Both the position numbers and the translations under genes were made by a program. Shown in pieces: positions 28,764-37,962 of a stretch of DNA of 64,000 nt (position 1 is the first letter of the stretch; each line of letters starts with the position of its first letter). The DNA lies in the NCBI GenBank assembly GCA_964638145.1, contig CAZXAK010000019.1:1117-65116 (forward strand). Reading direction: 5' to 3'. This DNA comes from an uncultured Desulfobacterales bacterium. GTDB taxonomy: Bacteria; Desulfobacterota; Dissulfuribacteria; Dissulfuribacterales; QOAL01. The notes beneath the pieces were generated by a model. It saw only the letters and a list, made by a program, of their open reading frames with translations, searched no databases and was not told where the DNA came from.

Positions 28764-28797
28764 AAGCGCAGGACATTCGTCCTGCGCTTATTTTTTT
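28764..28797 (+). terminator. intrinsic terminator
   Basis: aagcgcaggac-attc-gtcctgcgctt (11-bp stem) followed by a run of T residues. Confidence 0.8.
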
Positions 28798-28799
28798 CT

Positions 28800-28964
28800 C
28801 ATACTACACGACACCTGAAATGCAGAAGCAATTGGCAGAGGCGGATGGTGCTTTTTCTCATGGTTTTGACCGCGGGCAAATATATCATTAACAAGGCATT
28901 GCAACTGATGAGCTTTAAAAGCATGATAAAAGCACCATCCGACGTATAGGTGTCGTGTAGTATG
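28800..28964. mobile_element. MITE-like element, family 1 (reference copy B)
   Basis: 165 bp. Perfect 17-bp terminal inverted repeats catactacacgacacct / aggtgtcgtgtagtatg. Long imperfect internal palindrome. Flanked by tttttttct (28791-28799) and tttttttct (28966-28974). Confidence 0.85.
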
Positions 28965-28981
28965 ATTTTTTTCTACTCCAT

Positions 28982-29027
28982 CCTGAATCGAGCGTTTCCA
29001 ATCATGTGAGATTTTATCTGTAATTAC
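28982..29027. repeat. MITE family 2 end-fragment
   Basis: cctgaatcgagcgtttccaatcatgtgagattttatctgtaattac parallels the family 2 end cctgaattgagcgtttcaaatcatgtgaaatattgttttgtctttaattac. It contains the stop codon of the 29024-30337 gene. Confidence 0.55.
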
Positions 29028-30337
29028 TCGGCAGGCAGACCAAATATAGTCACTCCGGTACAGAGGAGCAGTACCATGAAATAGCATATCATGCGCCTGT
29101 AGGGATTAGGTATGGACGGATCACTGCGCACCACAAATATTGCCACAAGACACTGCAATGCGTAGTAGAGGGCAAAGGCACGAGAGGCAAAACTTATGAT
29201 CTCGTACACATTTGTCAGCCAGGTAAGACAGATGGCCGCCACTGAAACTATGGCATAGGCATATCTGGTATCAAAATGCCCCTTGATGATCGACTCTATT
29301 AGTCCGGAGCAACCTGCGTCATCTGCCGTGGCGGCGGCAAACTGGCTACATATGGCAGTTACCGTGATGAGCAGAGGCAGCACCGAGGCAACGATACTGG
29401 ACAACTCTATAATTGCCGTTATTCCCGTATCATGGAGGTTCCCTGCCCTGCTTACCACCAGGGCCATCAGGGCGAGAAAGACAAGATAGATGGCTGAAGA
29501 GATGAGCTGGGCCCAGCGCATGGTACGAATTCGTACCTCGCGGGGATGTTCTGAACCAAGGAAACGGGAGGTCTCAAACCCCTGAACCACTATCAGCATA
29601 CCCATTATGAGCCGTGCCAGATGAATTTTGTCCTCACTTATGGGGATGGCCTTAATGTGCCAATCACCCTGAATATATGCAACTGCATTGAACGAGGTGA
29701 GACCTGCAATAAGGGCCGCAATCATGGCCAGATTTATCCCTACTGCCACACGCTCAACGCGCTCTATTCCCCTGAGGCCTCGCCAGAACCCTATGAGTGC
29801 AATACCTGTAAGTATTACTGTAACCAGGATACGACCATAAAACGCGTTGTGAATGGACAGGGCGTGGAGAGCAAAACTTGCAAGTAACTGAAGATAGTAA
29901 GAGACAGAGACACAGTAGGCACCTGCAAGAGCGATGTGTGAGACTCTCTCAACGATTTCCGCGGTCTCCACTGCAGCTACCTGTCGGGCTGCATTACGGT
30001 GCCCTATATGCAGCCTGTGTTCTGTCCTTTTAAACGTGGAGGGAAGCGGTATGGTTTCAAGCATGGGTTCACCATAACGGATGTTGAACCGTATGACACC
30101 TCCCACAGCGTAGGCCATTAGAAGCAGGCATGCCATGACCACCACGGCATAGTTTCCGGCGTTTGCATAGAGCAGCGGGGCACACACAAGGAAGCCACTA
30201 CCCATGATGGAGGCAAGTGGGGTAATGGTGGCACGCCATGCTGCTGAGGTACCAAGCGGCTTATAGAACAGCAACACACTGGCAGTGACAACAAGGGTAC
30301 AGAGTACTATAAAATCAGGCCCGGAGAGTTGGCTCAC
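29024..30337 (-). CDS. polytopic membrane protein, function unknown
   Basis: 437 aa with about 11-12 predicted hydrophobic helices. I recognise no diagnostic motif. Confidence 0.6.
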   Translation of the reverse strand: MSQLSGPDFIVLCTLVVTASVLLFYKPLGTSAAWRATITPLASIMGSGFLVCAPLLYANAGNYAVVVMACLLLMAYAVGGVIRFNIRYGEPMLETIPLPSTFKRTEHRLHIGHRNAARQVAAVETAEIVERVSHIALAGAYCVSVSYYLQLLASFALHALSIHNAFYGRILVTVILTGIALIGFWRGLRGIERVERVAVGINLAMIAALIAGLTSFNAVAYIQGDWHIKAIPISEDKIHLARLIMGMLIVVQGFETSRFLGSEHPREVRIRTMRWAQLISSAIYLVFLALMALVVSRAGNLHDTGITAIIELSSIVASVLPLLITVTAICSQFAAATADDAGCSGLIESIIKGHFDTRYAYAIVSVAAICLTWLTNVYEIISFASRAFALYYALQCLVAIFVVRSDPSIPNPYRRMICYFMVLLLCTGVTIFGLPAE

Positions 30338-30446
30338 TGTTATATTTCCTTTCGTTTATTGTCAATAAATAATAGAATACAGCAACCTGTTCGAATACTT
30401 GATCCTTCACTAATCAGAAATAGATAATACACGAAAACATGCAACT

Positions 30447-31088
30447 ATGAAAATGCCCGTGGAATATACCCCGTACATCAAGACATTTGTAGGTATAATT
30501 GCCATTGTAAATCCACTTGGTGCCATACCTGTCTTCCTCTCCCTCTGTGGTGACCGTCCGGTATCAGAGGTAAAGTCCATTGCGAGAATAACCGCTGCGG
30601 CGGTTGCCGTGGTGCTGATCATTGCTGCCTGGACAGGCGAAACCCTGCTGTCCTTTTTTGGCATTGGAATTCCTGCCTTTCGGACAGGAGGCGGCCTTCT
30701 CATACTGCTTATGGCCATTGCCATGATGCACGCAAGACAAAGTCATGTGAAACGCAGTCCTGAAGAGGAAAACGCAGACACAGAGAAGGAAGATGTTGCC
30801 GTGGTCCCCCTTGCCATCCCCCTTCTTGCCGGCCCTGGCTCCATAAGCCTCGTAGTGGTTGATGCCCAACAGTCATCAAGCATAACCCACAATATCGTGA
30901 TAAGCCTGTGCATAATCGGAGTAGCCCTTGCTGTATGGATTACCCTTCGTCTTGCAGAACCCATAGGGGAACGCCTCGGCGTAACCGGGCTCAACATAGC
31001 CACCCGTATCATGGGACTGCTGCTTGCGGCAATAGGCGTACAGATGATAGCAGATGGTATGATCCAACTGTTTCCTGGACTTGGATAA
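30447..31088 (+). CDS. marC: MarC family (UPF0056) membrane protein
   Basis: 213 aa. FVGIIAIVNPLGAIPVFLSL is typical of the MarC family N-terminus. Confidence 0.8.
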   Translation: MKMPVEYTPYIKTFVGIIAIVNPLGAIPVFLSLCGDRPVSEVKSIARITAAAVAVVLIIAAWTGETLLSFFGIGIPAFRTGGGLLILLMAIAMMHARQSHVKRSPEEENADTEKEDVAVVPLAIPLLAGPGSISLVVVDAQQSSSITHNIVISLCIIGVALAVWITLRLAEPIGERLGVTGLNIATRIMGLLLAAIGVQMIADGMIQLFPGLG

Positions 31089-31095
31089 AATTGCC

Positions 31096-34000
31096 ATGAA
31101 AACAGCCTGTTCGACCCTAATCACTGTACTATGCACAGTATTTCTCTTACTGTGTGGCCCCACAGGCATCAAGGCTGATACTGCCACATTAATCATCCCG
31201 GGAAAGGTATCTGATGAGCTTGTCCTCCGAAAGACCATCATAGACCGGGAAAAAGAGTCCCTTGAAAAGATCAAAAAAGATATTGAGGCACAGAAGAGAA
31301 ACAGGGACAAGAAACTTGCCGCACTGCAGGCCACCCCTGTCACAGATGCCCTGCTTGAAGAGGCACGGCTATCCATGGAGGCCGCCAAGGTAAATGTTGA
31401 ATCTGCAAGGCTTGACCTTGGCAGCGAAAAGCACAGGATACAGGCCCTTCAGTCCCAACTGGAAAACATACAGAACAGGCTGCCATCCCCTGGCCACAAA
31501 CAGGGAAATCAGGCACAGGCCACCAAACTGGAAGAAAAATTAAAAGAGCTGCAGGCCCTAATCAATATAGAACAGCAGTACTCAAATCTTCTCGCACAAC
31601 GTGTATCTCTCCTTGAACAAAAGGCCGACCTGGCAGCCTCATGGTGGCAAAGCGTACAGGCAGTCTTCAAGAAACAACAGCAACGCCGTCACCAGGAATC
31701 CATAGAGGACATGAAAAGGCGCCTTGAACACATGGAGGACAAGGCGCGTATCGACACCATGCGCATCGAGAAGGAGCTATCCGAAATTAAGGGGGATGAC
31801 CCGGGCAGTACGGCAAAGAAACAGTTCCTTAAAAGACAGCTTGAGTTTATTGACGAATCTCTGAATATCCTTCGCACCAAGATCAGAATCCAGTCCATGA
31901 AGAGCAGGCATGACAGCCTTGTCCTTACCGGCCTGGCAAACGTACCTGCTGAAAAACTGAAAAACACCATAGAGGTCCTGAAGGATATCAGATCCCAGCT
32001 TGCGCCAATGATCGGTGTGACAAGAGGCAAACTCGAAGTCCTGCAAAAGCAGTGGGCACTCCTGCAAAAACAGTATGCACTCAAAAATATATCCAGCAGC
32101 CTGTTTACCAGAGAGAAAAAGATAGTAACCGGGCTTATTGACCAGTTCAGCTCTTTACTGAACACCATGAAGGCCTTCCAGACCCAGATTCAGCAGGACA
32201 TCCAGAAGGTAGAATCAGCCTATGCAAGGAGTGTCCAACAGAGCCTGACTGCCCATGAAAACCTGCCCAGAGACATCAATGCATGGAAGGGCATACTAAC
32301 AGAGCTGTATAAACTTCCTTCAAGGCTCAAGGGCATATTCCTTGACATAGGAAAGGATATTGTCTGCGGCTGGAAGCAGGCGGATACGGGCCACCGGCTC
32401 CTCTTCATAGGTATTTCCATATTGCTCCTTATTATTACCCTTCTTCTGGGACGGCTTCCGGACATAAACCAGATACCACCATCACTGGAACTGCGTTTTT
32501 CTGCACGTGTAAAGGCCACTGCCTATGCACTGCTCAGACAGTGCCGCATGGCAATGCTAATCGGGGGAGAGGTCATAGTGGCCGCATGGCTGTTTAATGT
32601 AGAGCCCATGCGATTCACCATACTGCTACTGTTCGTACTGGTATTGTTCGCGCTGTGGGCAGCCATTAACTTGAGCTACCTCATATTTACGTCAAAAATC
32701 GTTCCTGCGGCACAGAGACAGCCAAAGATGCATCATATGATCATCTTTGGCTCTGTCATCAGCGCTGTTCTGGCCATTCTCATGGGGCTTGGAAATGCTG
32801 GCATACTTTCTGATACACTGAAAGATGTGGTAGACCGCCTCTTCATGGTGCTGCTCCTGCTATCCGTATACTTCTTCATGCGGCTCAGGGCCATGCTCAT
32901 CGCGCGTCTGGGCCCGGACCACAAGAGCAGGTTCTGGATTCACATCATAGGACTCGCCAGCCTGTCAATCCCCCTTACAGCACTATGCGCGGCCATTGTG
33001 GGACTGGCCGGATATATAAATCTGGCACGTTTCGTTGCAAGCCAGCTCGTCATAGTACTGGGAGTGATCATCACATGGATATTGATAAGAGATGTTGCAC
33101 GGGACCTTATAAGGTACCGCAAACTCAAGCTTGAAAGTGCAAACATACAATCAGATACCAGCCGTTCCTCATTCATGGCATCCCTGCAGCGGTTACTGGA
33201 TCTGCTGCTATTCGCCGGCGTACTATATACCCTGGCAAGGATCTATGGCTGGAATACAGGAAATGCCGTAGACACATTTCTGAAGAGCTGGCTCGACTAT
33301 CCGCTGTTTCACATAGGCAAGCAGACAATTACCCTGATCAATATCTTAATAAGCCTCTTTCTGTTTCTCTTCTTCATGCACCTGAGTTCTCTTGCACGCA
33401 ATGTCACTTACATGCTCATGAAGAAAAACGTCAGTGACCGCGGACTCAGAAACAGCCTTTCGATATTTACCCAGTATGCTGTACTCATCATAGGTGCCAT
33501 GATTGCACTTAACTCCATGGGCCTTAACCTCACAAGCCTCACCGTGTTTGCAGGTGCACTGGGCGTTGGTATTGGATTTGGGCTGCAAAATATCGCAAAC
33601 AACCTCATCAGCGGCCTTATCCTCCTTGCGGAACGGCCTGTGAGGGTTGATGACTGGATAAGCATTGGCGAAAACCAGGGCATAATATCGCATATTGGTA
33701 TGCGCTCCCTTATGCTTAAGACATGGGACAATCAGGACGTCATAATTCCCAATGCCGATGTGATAACCACGCCTGTCACGAACTGGACTCTTTCCGACAA
33801 CCTGATAAGGACAGTGCTCCAGGTGGGTATACGTTACCAGGATGATCCTCACAAGGCCCAGGAGGTGATCATGGATGCGGTGTCTATGGTACCAGAGGTC
33901 TCTCTTCAGAAAAAACCTAAGGTATATCTTACTGAATTTGCCGACTCCTCTGTAAACTTCAAGGTTGTGTTCTACTCTGAACTGGACAGCCAACACAGCA

Positions 34001-34206
34001 AGCTGGAAGCCAAATCAAATGTGATGTTTGCCATATGGGACGCCCTAAAGGATGCTGACATAGGCATACCCTTTCCGCAGCAAGACATTTACATTAAGGA
34101 AATACCTGCACACATGACCTCATGCAAACAAGCCGCGGCTGAGCCTGATCTGGCAGTAGCAGAGGAAGATGCCCCAAGATCAGATATCACTGCAATAACA
34201 ACCTGA
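31096..34206 (+). CDS. large mechanosensitive channel, MscK/KefA-like
   Basis: ATG 31096 (MKTACSTL, signal peptide) is preferred over TTG 31081. Long periplasmic coiled-coil region, about 11 TM helices and a C-terminal MscS core (GALGVGIGFGLQNIANNLISGLILLAERPVRVDDWI). Confidence 0.85.
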   Translation: MKTACSTLITVLCTVFLLLCGPTGIKADTATLIIPGKVSDELVLRKTIIDREKESLEKIKKDIEAQKRNRDKKLAALQATPVTDALLEEARLSMEAAKVNVESARLDLGSEKHRIQALQSQLENIQNRLPSPGHKQGNQAQATKLEEKLKELQALINIEQQYSNLLAQRVSLLEQKADLAASWWQSVQAVFKKQQQRRHQESIEDMKRRLEHMEDKARIDTMRIEKELSEIKGDDPGSTAKKQFLKRQLEFIDESLNILRTKIRIQSMKSRHDSLVLTGLANVPAEKLKNTIEVLKDIRSQLAPMIGVTRGKLEVLQKQWALLQKQYALKNISSSLFTREKKIVTGLIDQFSSLLNTMKAFQTQIQQDIQKVESAYARSVQQSLTAHENLPRDINAWKGILTELYKLPSRLKGIFLDIGKDIVCGWKQADTGHRLLFIGISILLLIITLLLGRLPDINQIPPSLELRFSARVKATAYALLRQCRMAMLIGGEVIVAAWLFNVEPMRFTILLLFVLVLFALWAAINLSYLIFTSKIVPAAQRQPKMHHMIIFGSVISAVLAILMGLGNAGILSDTLKDVVDRLFMVLLLLSVYFFMRLRAMLIARLGPDHKSRFWIHIIGLASLSIPLTALCAAIVGLAGYINLARFVASQLVIVLGVIITWILIRDVARDLIRYRKLKLESANIQSDTSRSSFMASLQRLLDLLLFAGVLYTLARIYGWNTGNAVDTFLKSWLDYPLFHIGKQTITLINILISLFLFLFFMHLSSLARNVTYMLMKKNVSDRGLRNSLSIFTQYAVLIIGAMIALNSMGLNLTSLTVFAGALGVGIGFGLQNIANNLISGLILLAERPVRVDDWISIGENQGIISHIGMRSLMLKTWDNQDVIIPNADVITTPVTNWTLSDNLIRTVLQVGIRYQDDPHKAQEVIMDAVSMVPEVSLQKKPKVYLTEFADSSVNFKVVFYSELDSQHSKLEAKSNVMFAIWDALKDADIGIPFPQQDIYIKEIPAHMTSCKQAAAEPDLAVAEEDAPRSDITAITT

Positions 34207-34308
34207 CAGGGAACAATCCCCCCTTTCCCTTTCCGGAATAAATATTATTGATGCAATGCTAACACACCGATAAGGAGGGTAAACTACATTCCGAAAGGAG
34301 ATACCTAA

Positions 34309-34611
34309 ATGGTACAGAGAACCGATACTCTCAAGACCGTACTGATACTCATGGCCATTTTGAGTCTACTGGCCTCACCTGCAGCCTTTGCCAGTTCCGG
34401 AGGGAAAATAGACATCAACACAGCTACATCGACTCAACTTCAGGAACTTCCTGGTGTTGGAGAAAAGACAGCAGATGCCATTGTCAAGTACCGTAGAGAT
34501 AACGGTGTCTTTCACACGGTGGATGACCTGCTTAACGTCAAGGGAATTGGAAAGAAAAAACTTGAAAAGATACGCTCCCATGTAATGGTGAGCAAATCAA
34601 AGGCCAAATAA
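34309..34611 (+). CDS. comEA: ComEA-type helix-hairpin-helix DNA-binding protein
   Basis: 100 aa. Signal peptide followed by IDINTATSTQLQELPGVGEKTADAIVKYR ... LLNVKGIGKKKLEKI. Confidence 0.85.
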   Translation: MVQRTDTLKTVLILMAILSLLASPAAFASSGGKIDINTATSTQLQELPGVGEKTADAIVKYRRDNGVFHTVDDLLNVKGIGKKKLEKIRSHVMVSKSKAK

Positions 34612-34632
34612 AAATTCTACAAACCAGCGACG

Positions 34633-34670
34633 AACGGCATCTTCATACCCGAAGATGCCGTTTTTGGTTT
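34633..34670 (+). terminator. intrinsic terminator after comEA
   Basis: aacggcatcttc-ataccc-gaagatgccgtt followed by tttggtttt. Confidence 0.8.
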
Positions 34671-34837
34671 TGGACTGACATGCGTAATGATGGGGTGAAA
34701 AGCCCCTGGGATAAGTAACGTTTAAAAATAAGGACTGAACATATCCAAATATTGAGTCAGCTTGTTGGCTTCGTTATCCATCTCCCCTCACTGTATGTTA
34801 GGCACAACGCATCTTCTTGGCTGCCACAGCACGCCAT

Positions 34838-35731
34838 TTACTGTCTTTTCCTGTACCAGTCCTCCTTACCATAAAGTTCTTCAATACACTCAGGACACAG
34901 GGCATGACTGAATACCGCATCTGAATGCTCTGATATATAACTCTCTATCTGGTTCCAGAACCCCCTGTCATCCCTTATCTTCTTGCACTTTGCGCATATG
35001 GGAATGAGTCCGCTAAGTACCCTGATCTCCCTCTGGGCCTGCTCAAGCTCCTGGATGTGAGACTGAAGCTCACTGTTTATCCTGGCAAGTTTCGCCTTTT
35101 TTTCTCCAAGCATCACCATATGGAAAAAATTTTCCCTGGCAAAGTACTCCATACTGTAACAGGCAATCATTCCGATTATCGCAGCGGATATGAAGAAAAA
35201 ATTGTTCCTCAGAACGATACACAGCGGGGTCTCAGTCAACAATAGGGAAGTGATCTCAAACATCAAAAGAATGATGAGCCCAATTGCCACAGCCCATACG
35301 AAACGCGCCCTTATGAAGGTGAAACAGAAAAACATGACCAGTATGTTGCCTACGTAGTAGGAATTGTTCTCTGGAGACGGGCCAATAACTATCATCCAGA
35401 ATATCCCGAATGCACATACAAGGATAATTAAAGCAATGGATGACTGCCAGTACCTCTTGAAGCCTGAATAAAACGAGAAGAGTATCCCGCCTGCCATGAC
35501 AGGTATGACCAGGCCAAAACGGATATTCCAGAGCTGATATTTGACCTCTGGCATGGACAGGGCATCAAGAAAACCAAATAGGCCGTAAAGTACTATGCCA
35601 AGCAAAAAACCCCAGCGGAAGACAGGCAATGACAGTTTAAAAAAATAATCTCTGAATCCGGGTTCAAGGCCCTGATCTGGGCCAGTAAAATGGAGAGTCA
35701 GGGGATTTATGTGCATTATCACAGCACTCAT
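34838..35731 (-). CDS. membrane sensor-like protein with C-terminal Cys4 (CxxC...CPxC) module
   Basis: 297 aa. Six or more TM helices, a coiled-coil linker, then LIPICAKCKKIRDDRGFWNQIESYISEHSDAVFSHALCPECIEELYG. Confidence 0.6.
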   Translation of the reverse strand: MSAVIMHINPLTLHFTGPDQGLEPGFRDYFFKLSLPVFRWGFLLGIVLYGLFGFLDALSMPEVKYQLWNIRFGLVIPVMAGGILFSFYSGFKRYWQSSIALIILVCAFGIFWMIVIGPSPENNSYYVGNILVMFFCFTFIRARFVWAVAIGLIILLMFEITSLLLTETPLCIVLRNNFFFISAAIIGMIACYSMEYFARENFFHMVMLGEKKAKLARINSELQSHIQELEQAQREIRVLSGLIPICAKCKKIRDDRGFWNQIESYISEHSDAVFSHALCPECIEELYGKEDWYRKRQ

Positions 35732-35744
35732 AAAATAAGGAAAG

Positions 35745-35832
35745 TGGTGCCCGGGGCGGGAGTCGAACCCGCACAGCGTCAGACGCCGAGGGATTTTAAA
35801 TCCCTTGTGTCTACCAATTCCACCACCCGGGC
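35745..35832 (-). tRNA. tRNA-Leu (anticodon UAA), CCA encoded
   Basis: The minus strand reads GCCCGGGTGGTGGAATTGGTAGACACAAGGGATTTAAAATCCCTCGGCGTCTGACGCTGTGCGGGTTCGACTCCCGCCCCGGGCACCA. It has a 7-bp acceptor stem, an anticodon loop TTTAAAA, a long variable arm and a GTTCGACTC T-loop. Confidence 0.9.
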
Positions 35833-36099
35833 AGTAAGAAGCAAGGCCGTAGCCTGCCTCACGCTTTAAATACAGGAAAGCTGACGCTTAGTCAATGTCC
35901 AGCCCTTAAGACAGACACCGCGCCACCGTCCTGCATATTAACCATGAGACCAAATCCAAATCCACGAAAGAAGGGACGCGTAACTGATCACAGGGTGTCA
36001 CACTGCACAGCGGCAGGCACGATAGGCGTACTCCCTACTCCAGACACCTGATAGACAAGCGAAGCCCCCCACGCCCCAGTTGTGGTGTATAGTGGGCCC

Positions 36100-37959
36100 T
36101 TAAATAATCAGCCTTACCCCTCCAAGCTCCTCTATACGATACGGGAACCTGTCTCCTGGAGAACCGATAAACATAAAGTTTACAGGTATGCCCCACTTCC
36201 TGGATAGCTTCTGGATGAGTTCAGGCCCGAACCTTCCCTTGATCTTTACAAACTCGATATCAATCTCAGGATACTCCCTGTCCAGGAACTCAAGGTCTTT
36301 CTCCAGCTTCTCCAGAAGCTCCTTGTCTTCCTTCCCGCTACCAGTTACATGCACAATCTTCAAACGCCTGGTATGCTCGTTGTTCTTGATGTAAAGGAGT
36401 ACCCTGTTGAGGTTTGCGAGATTGTCTCCACGGGTGAAGAATACAAACTCCTGGGACTGAATGGCATCAATGGTGGCAAGTATCTTCTGATCAATACGCT
36501 GTACCATCTTCATGATTGGCACATAGAGCAACTCTATAAAGTGGAGCAGGGCATCAAGCAGTGCCACCCTGTTGAGCATTATGCCTGTGACAAAGATGGC
36601 AGGAATAAAATATTCAAGAAAAACTATTATATTGGCAGGCGCACCCGGGGCAGGCTCCCTGACGATGTTACCAACAAGCGCCAACATGACGGCCACCAGG
36701 GCAACAAAGACACTCCACCACCCTGCCCGTTCCGGACGCGGAAGCTTTGCCCGTTTGATCTTCAACAGTATGTTCCCCAGGGCAAAGAGTGCCATCACGG
36801 AGAGAAAGGATATGGTATAGACCCCTGCCAGCACCTCCACCTCTCCCTCGGTGATGAACAGTATGGAGACGCACATCAGGAAGAACATAACGATTATCCG
36901 GTAGGAGCTGCCCCTTGAATTCTTCTTGAGCAGGAACTGGGGTAGTATCCGGTCCAGAGTGATTCGTTCAATGAGTCCGCTCACGCCCACATAGGAGGTC
37001 AGCACCGCTCCACTAAGAACAAGGGCGGCATCCACTGAGACCATACCTGCGAGCCACCTCCCGCCGGTGATCTCTCCCATATAGGAGAGCAGATCTGCCT
37101 CGTGATTTGCCACTTCAGGAAGCGGTATTATGGCAAGGGCAAGAAATGCCATTAGTGGATTGAATATACTCACCACCACCCACATGTTCCTCAGGGTCTT
37201 TGGAAACACGCCTGGCTGCTGCTCCTCAACGAAGTTGGCAGAGCTTTCAAAACCGGATATCCCAAGCATTGCGGCGGAAAAGCCCCAGAACACCGCCATC
37301 TGCACAGACCCGTGTTTTACAGGAAAGCTGTTGTTCTGGAAAAACACCCCCAGGCCATGATGAAAGAGATAGAATATCACCGTGCCTGAGAGCATGAACA
37401 GAGAGACGATATGAAAGGTAAATATTACCACTGCCACTGCTGCCGACTCGCCAATACCCATTATGGTAAGGGCCATGAAGCATGAAAGAAGGACCACCGT
37501 AGCTGAGATCACAGGCAGTGACGGTATCATGTTGTGCAAATAGTGCATGGCCTCTGAGGCGGATATAACAGCCGTTGCCATATAAGACAGCAGGGTGAGG
37601 GTGGCTGCAAGAGAGGCCATGGACTTGCTCGTAGTATTCAGCAGTGCGTTGTATGCCCCACCGTTCAGGGGCAGGGCACCTACCACCTCGCCGTATATCT
37701 TCCTGAAGAGATAAAGTACAAAGGCCACGATGAGCAGCGCCACCCACGCGTACTGGCCTGCAGAGATAATGGACAGGGCCGATACGTACAGGACCGACGA
37801 GGTAATGTCATTGCCGCAGATTGCAGTAGCGGGAATCTCGGACAGTTTCTTCTTTTTTACAGGCCGGATCGCTGACCTGGCCCGTGATGGCCTCTTACTC
37901 CCCTTGCCCGCGGCAGCCTTGCCTGCTCCCTTGTCCCTTGCCCTCTCCGACTCAGCCAT
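36100..37959 (-). CDS. APC-superfamily permease with C-terminal cytoplasmic domain
   Basis: 619 aa. K/R-rich N-terminal tail, about 12 TM helices and the motif GNDITSSVLYVSAL, plus a soluble C-terminal region of about 170 aa. Start is 3 nt after the yedF stop. Confidence 0.7.
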   Translation of the reverse strand: MAESERARDKGAGKAAAGKGSKRPSRARSAIRPVKKKKLSEIPATAICGNDITSSVLYVSALSIISAGQYAWVALLIVAFVLYLFRKIYGEVVGALPLNGGAYNALLNTTSKSMASLAATLTLLSYMATAVISASEAMHYLHNMIPSLPVISATVVLLSCFMALTIMGIGESAAVAVVIFTFHIVSLFMLSGTVIFYLFHHGLGVFFQNNSFPVKHGSVQMAVFWGFSAAMLGISGFESSANFVEEQQPGVFPKTLRNMWVVVSIFNPLMAFLALAIIPLPEVANHEADLLSYMGEITGGRWLAGMVSVDAALVLSGAVLTSYVGVSGLIERITLDRILPQFLLKKNSRGSSYRIIVMFFLMCVSILFITEGEVEVLAGVYTISFLSVMALFALGNILLKIKRAKLPRPERAGWWSVFVALVAVMLALVGNIVREPAPGAPANIIVFLEYFIPAIFVTGIMLNRVALLDALLHFIELLYVPIMKMVQRIDQKILATIDAIQSQEFVFFTRGDNLANLNRVLLYIKNNEHTRRLKIVHVTGSGKEDKELLEKLEKDLEFLDREYPEIDIEFVKIKGRFGPELIQKLSRKWGIPVNFMFIGSPGDRFPYRIEELGGVRLII

Positions 37960-37962
37960 GAT

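Noticed and set aside
33023-33039. A sigma-54-like motif, TGGCACGtttcgTTGCA, inside the mscK-like gene.
   Set aside because: The GG-to-GC spacing is one nucleotide too long and the site is deep inside a coding region.
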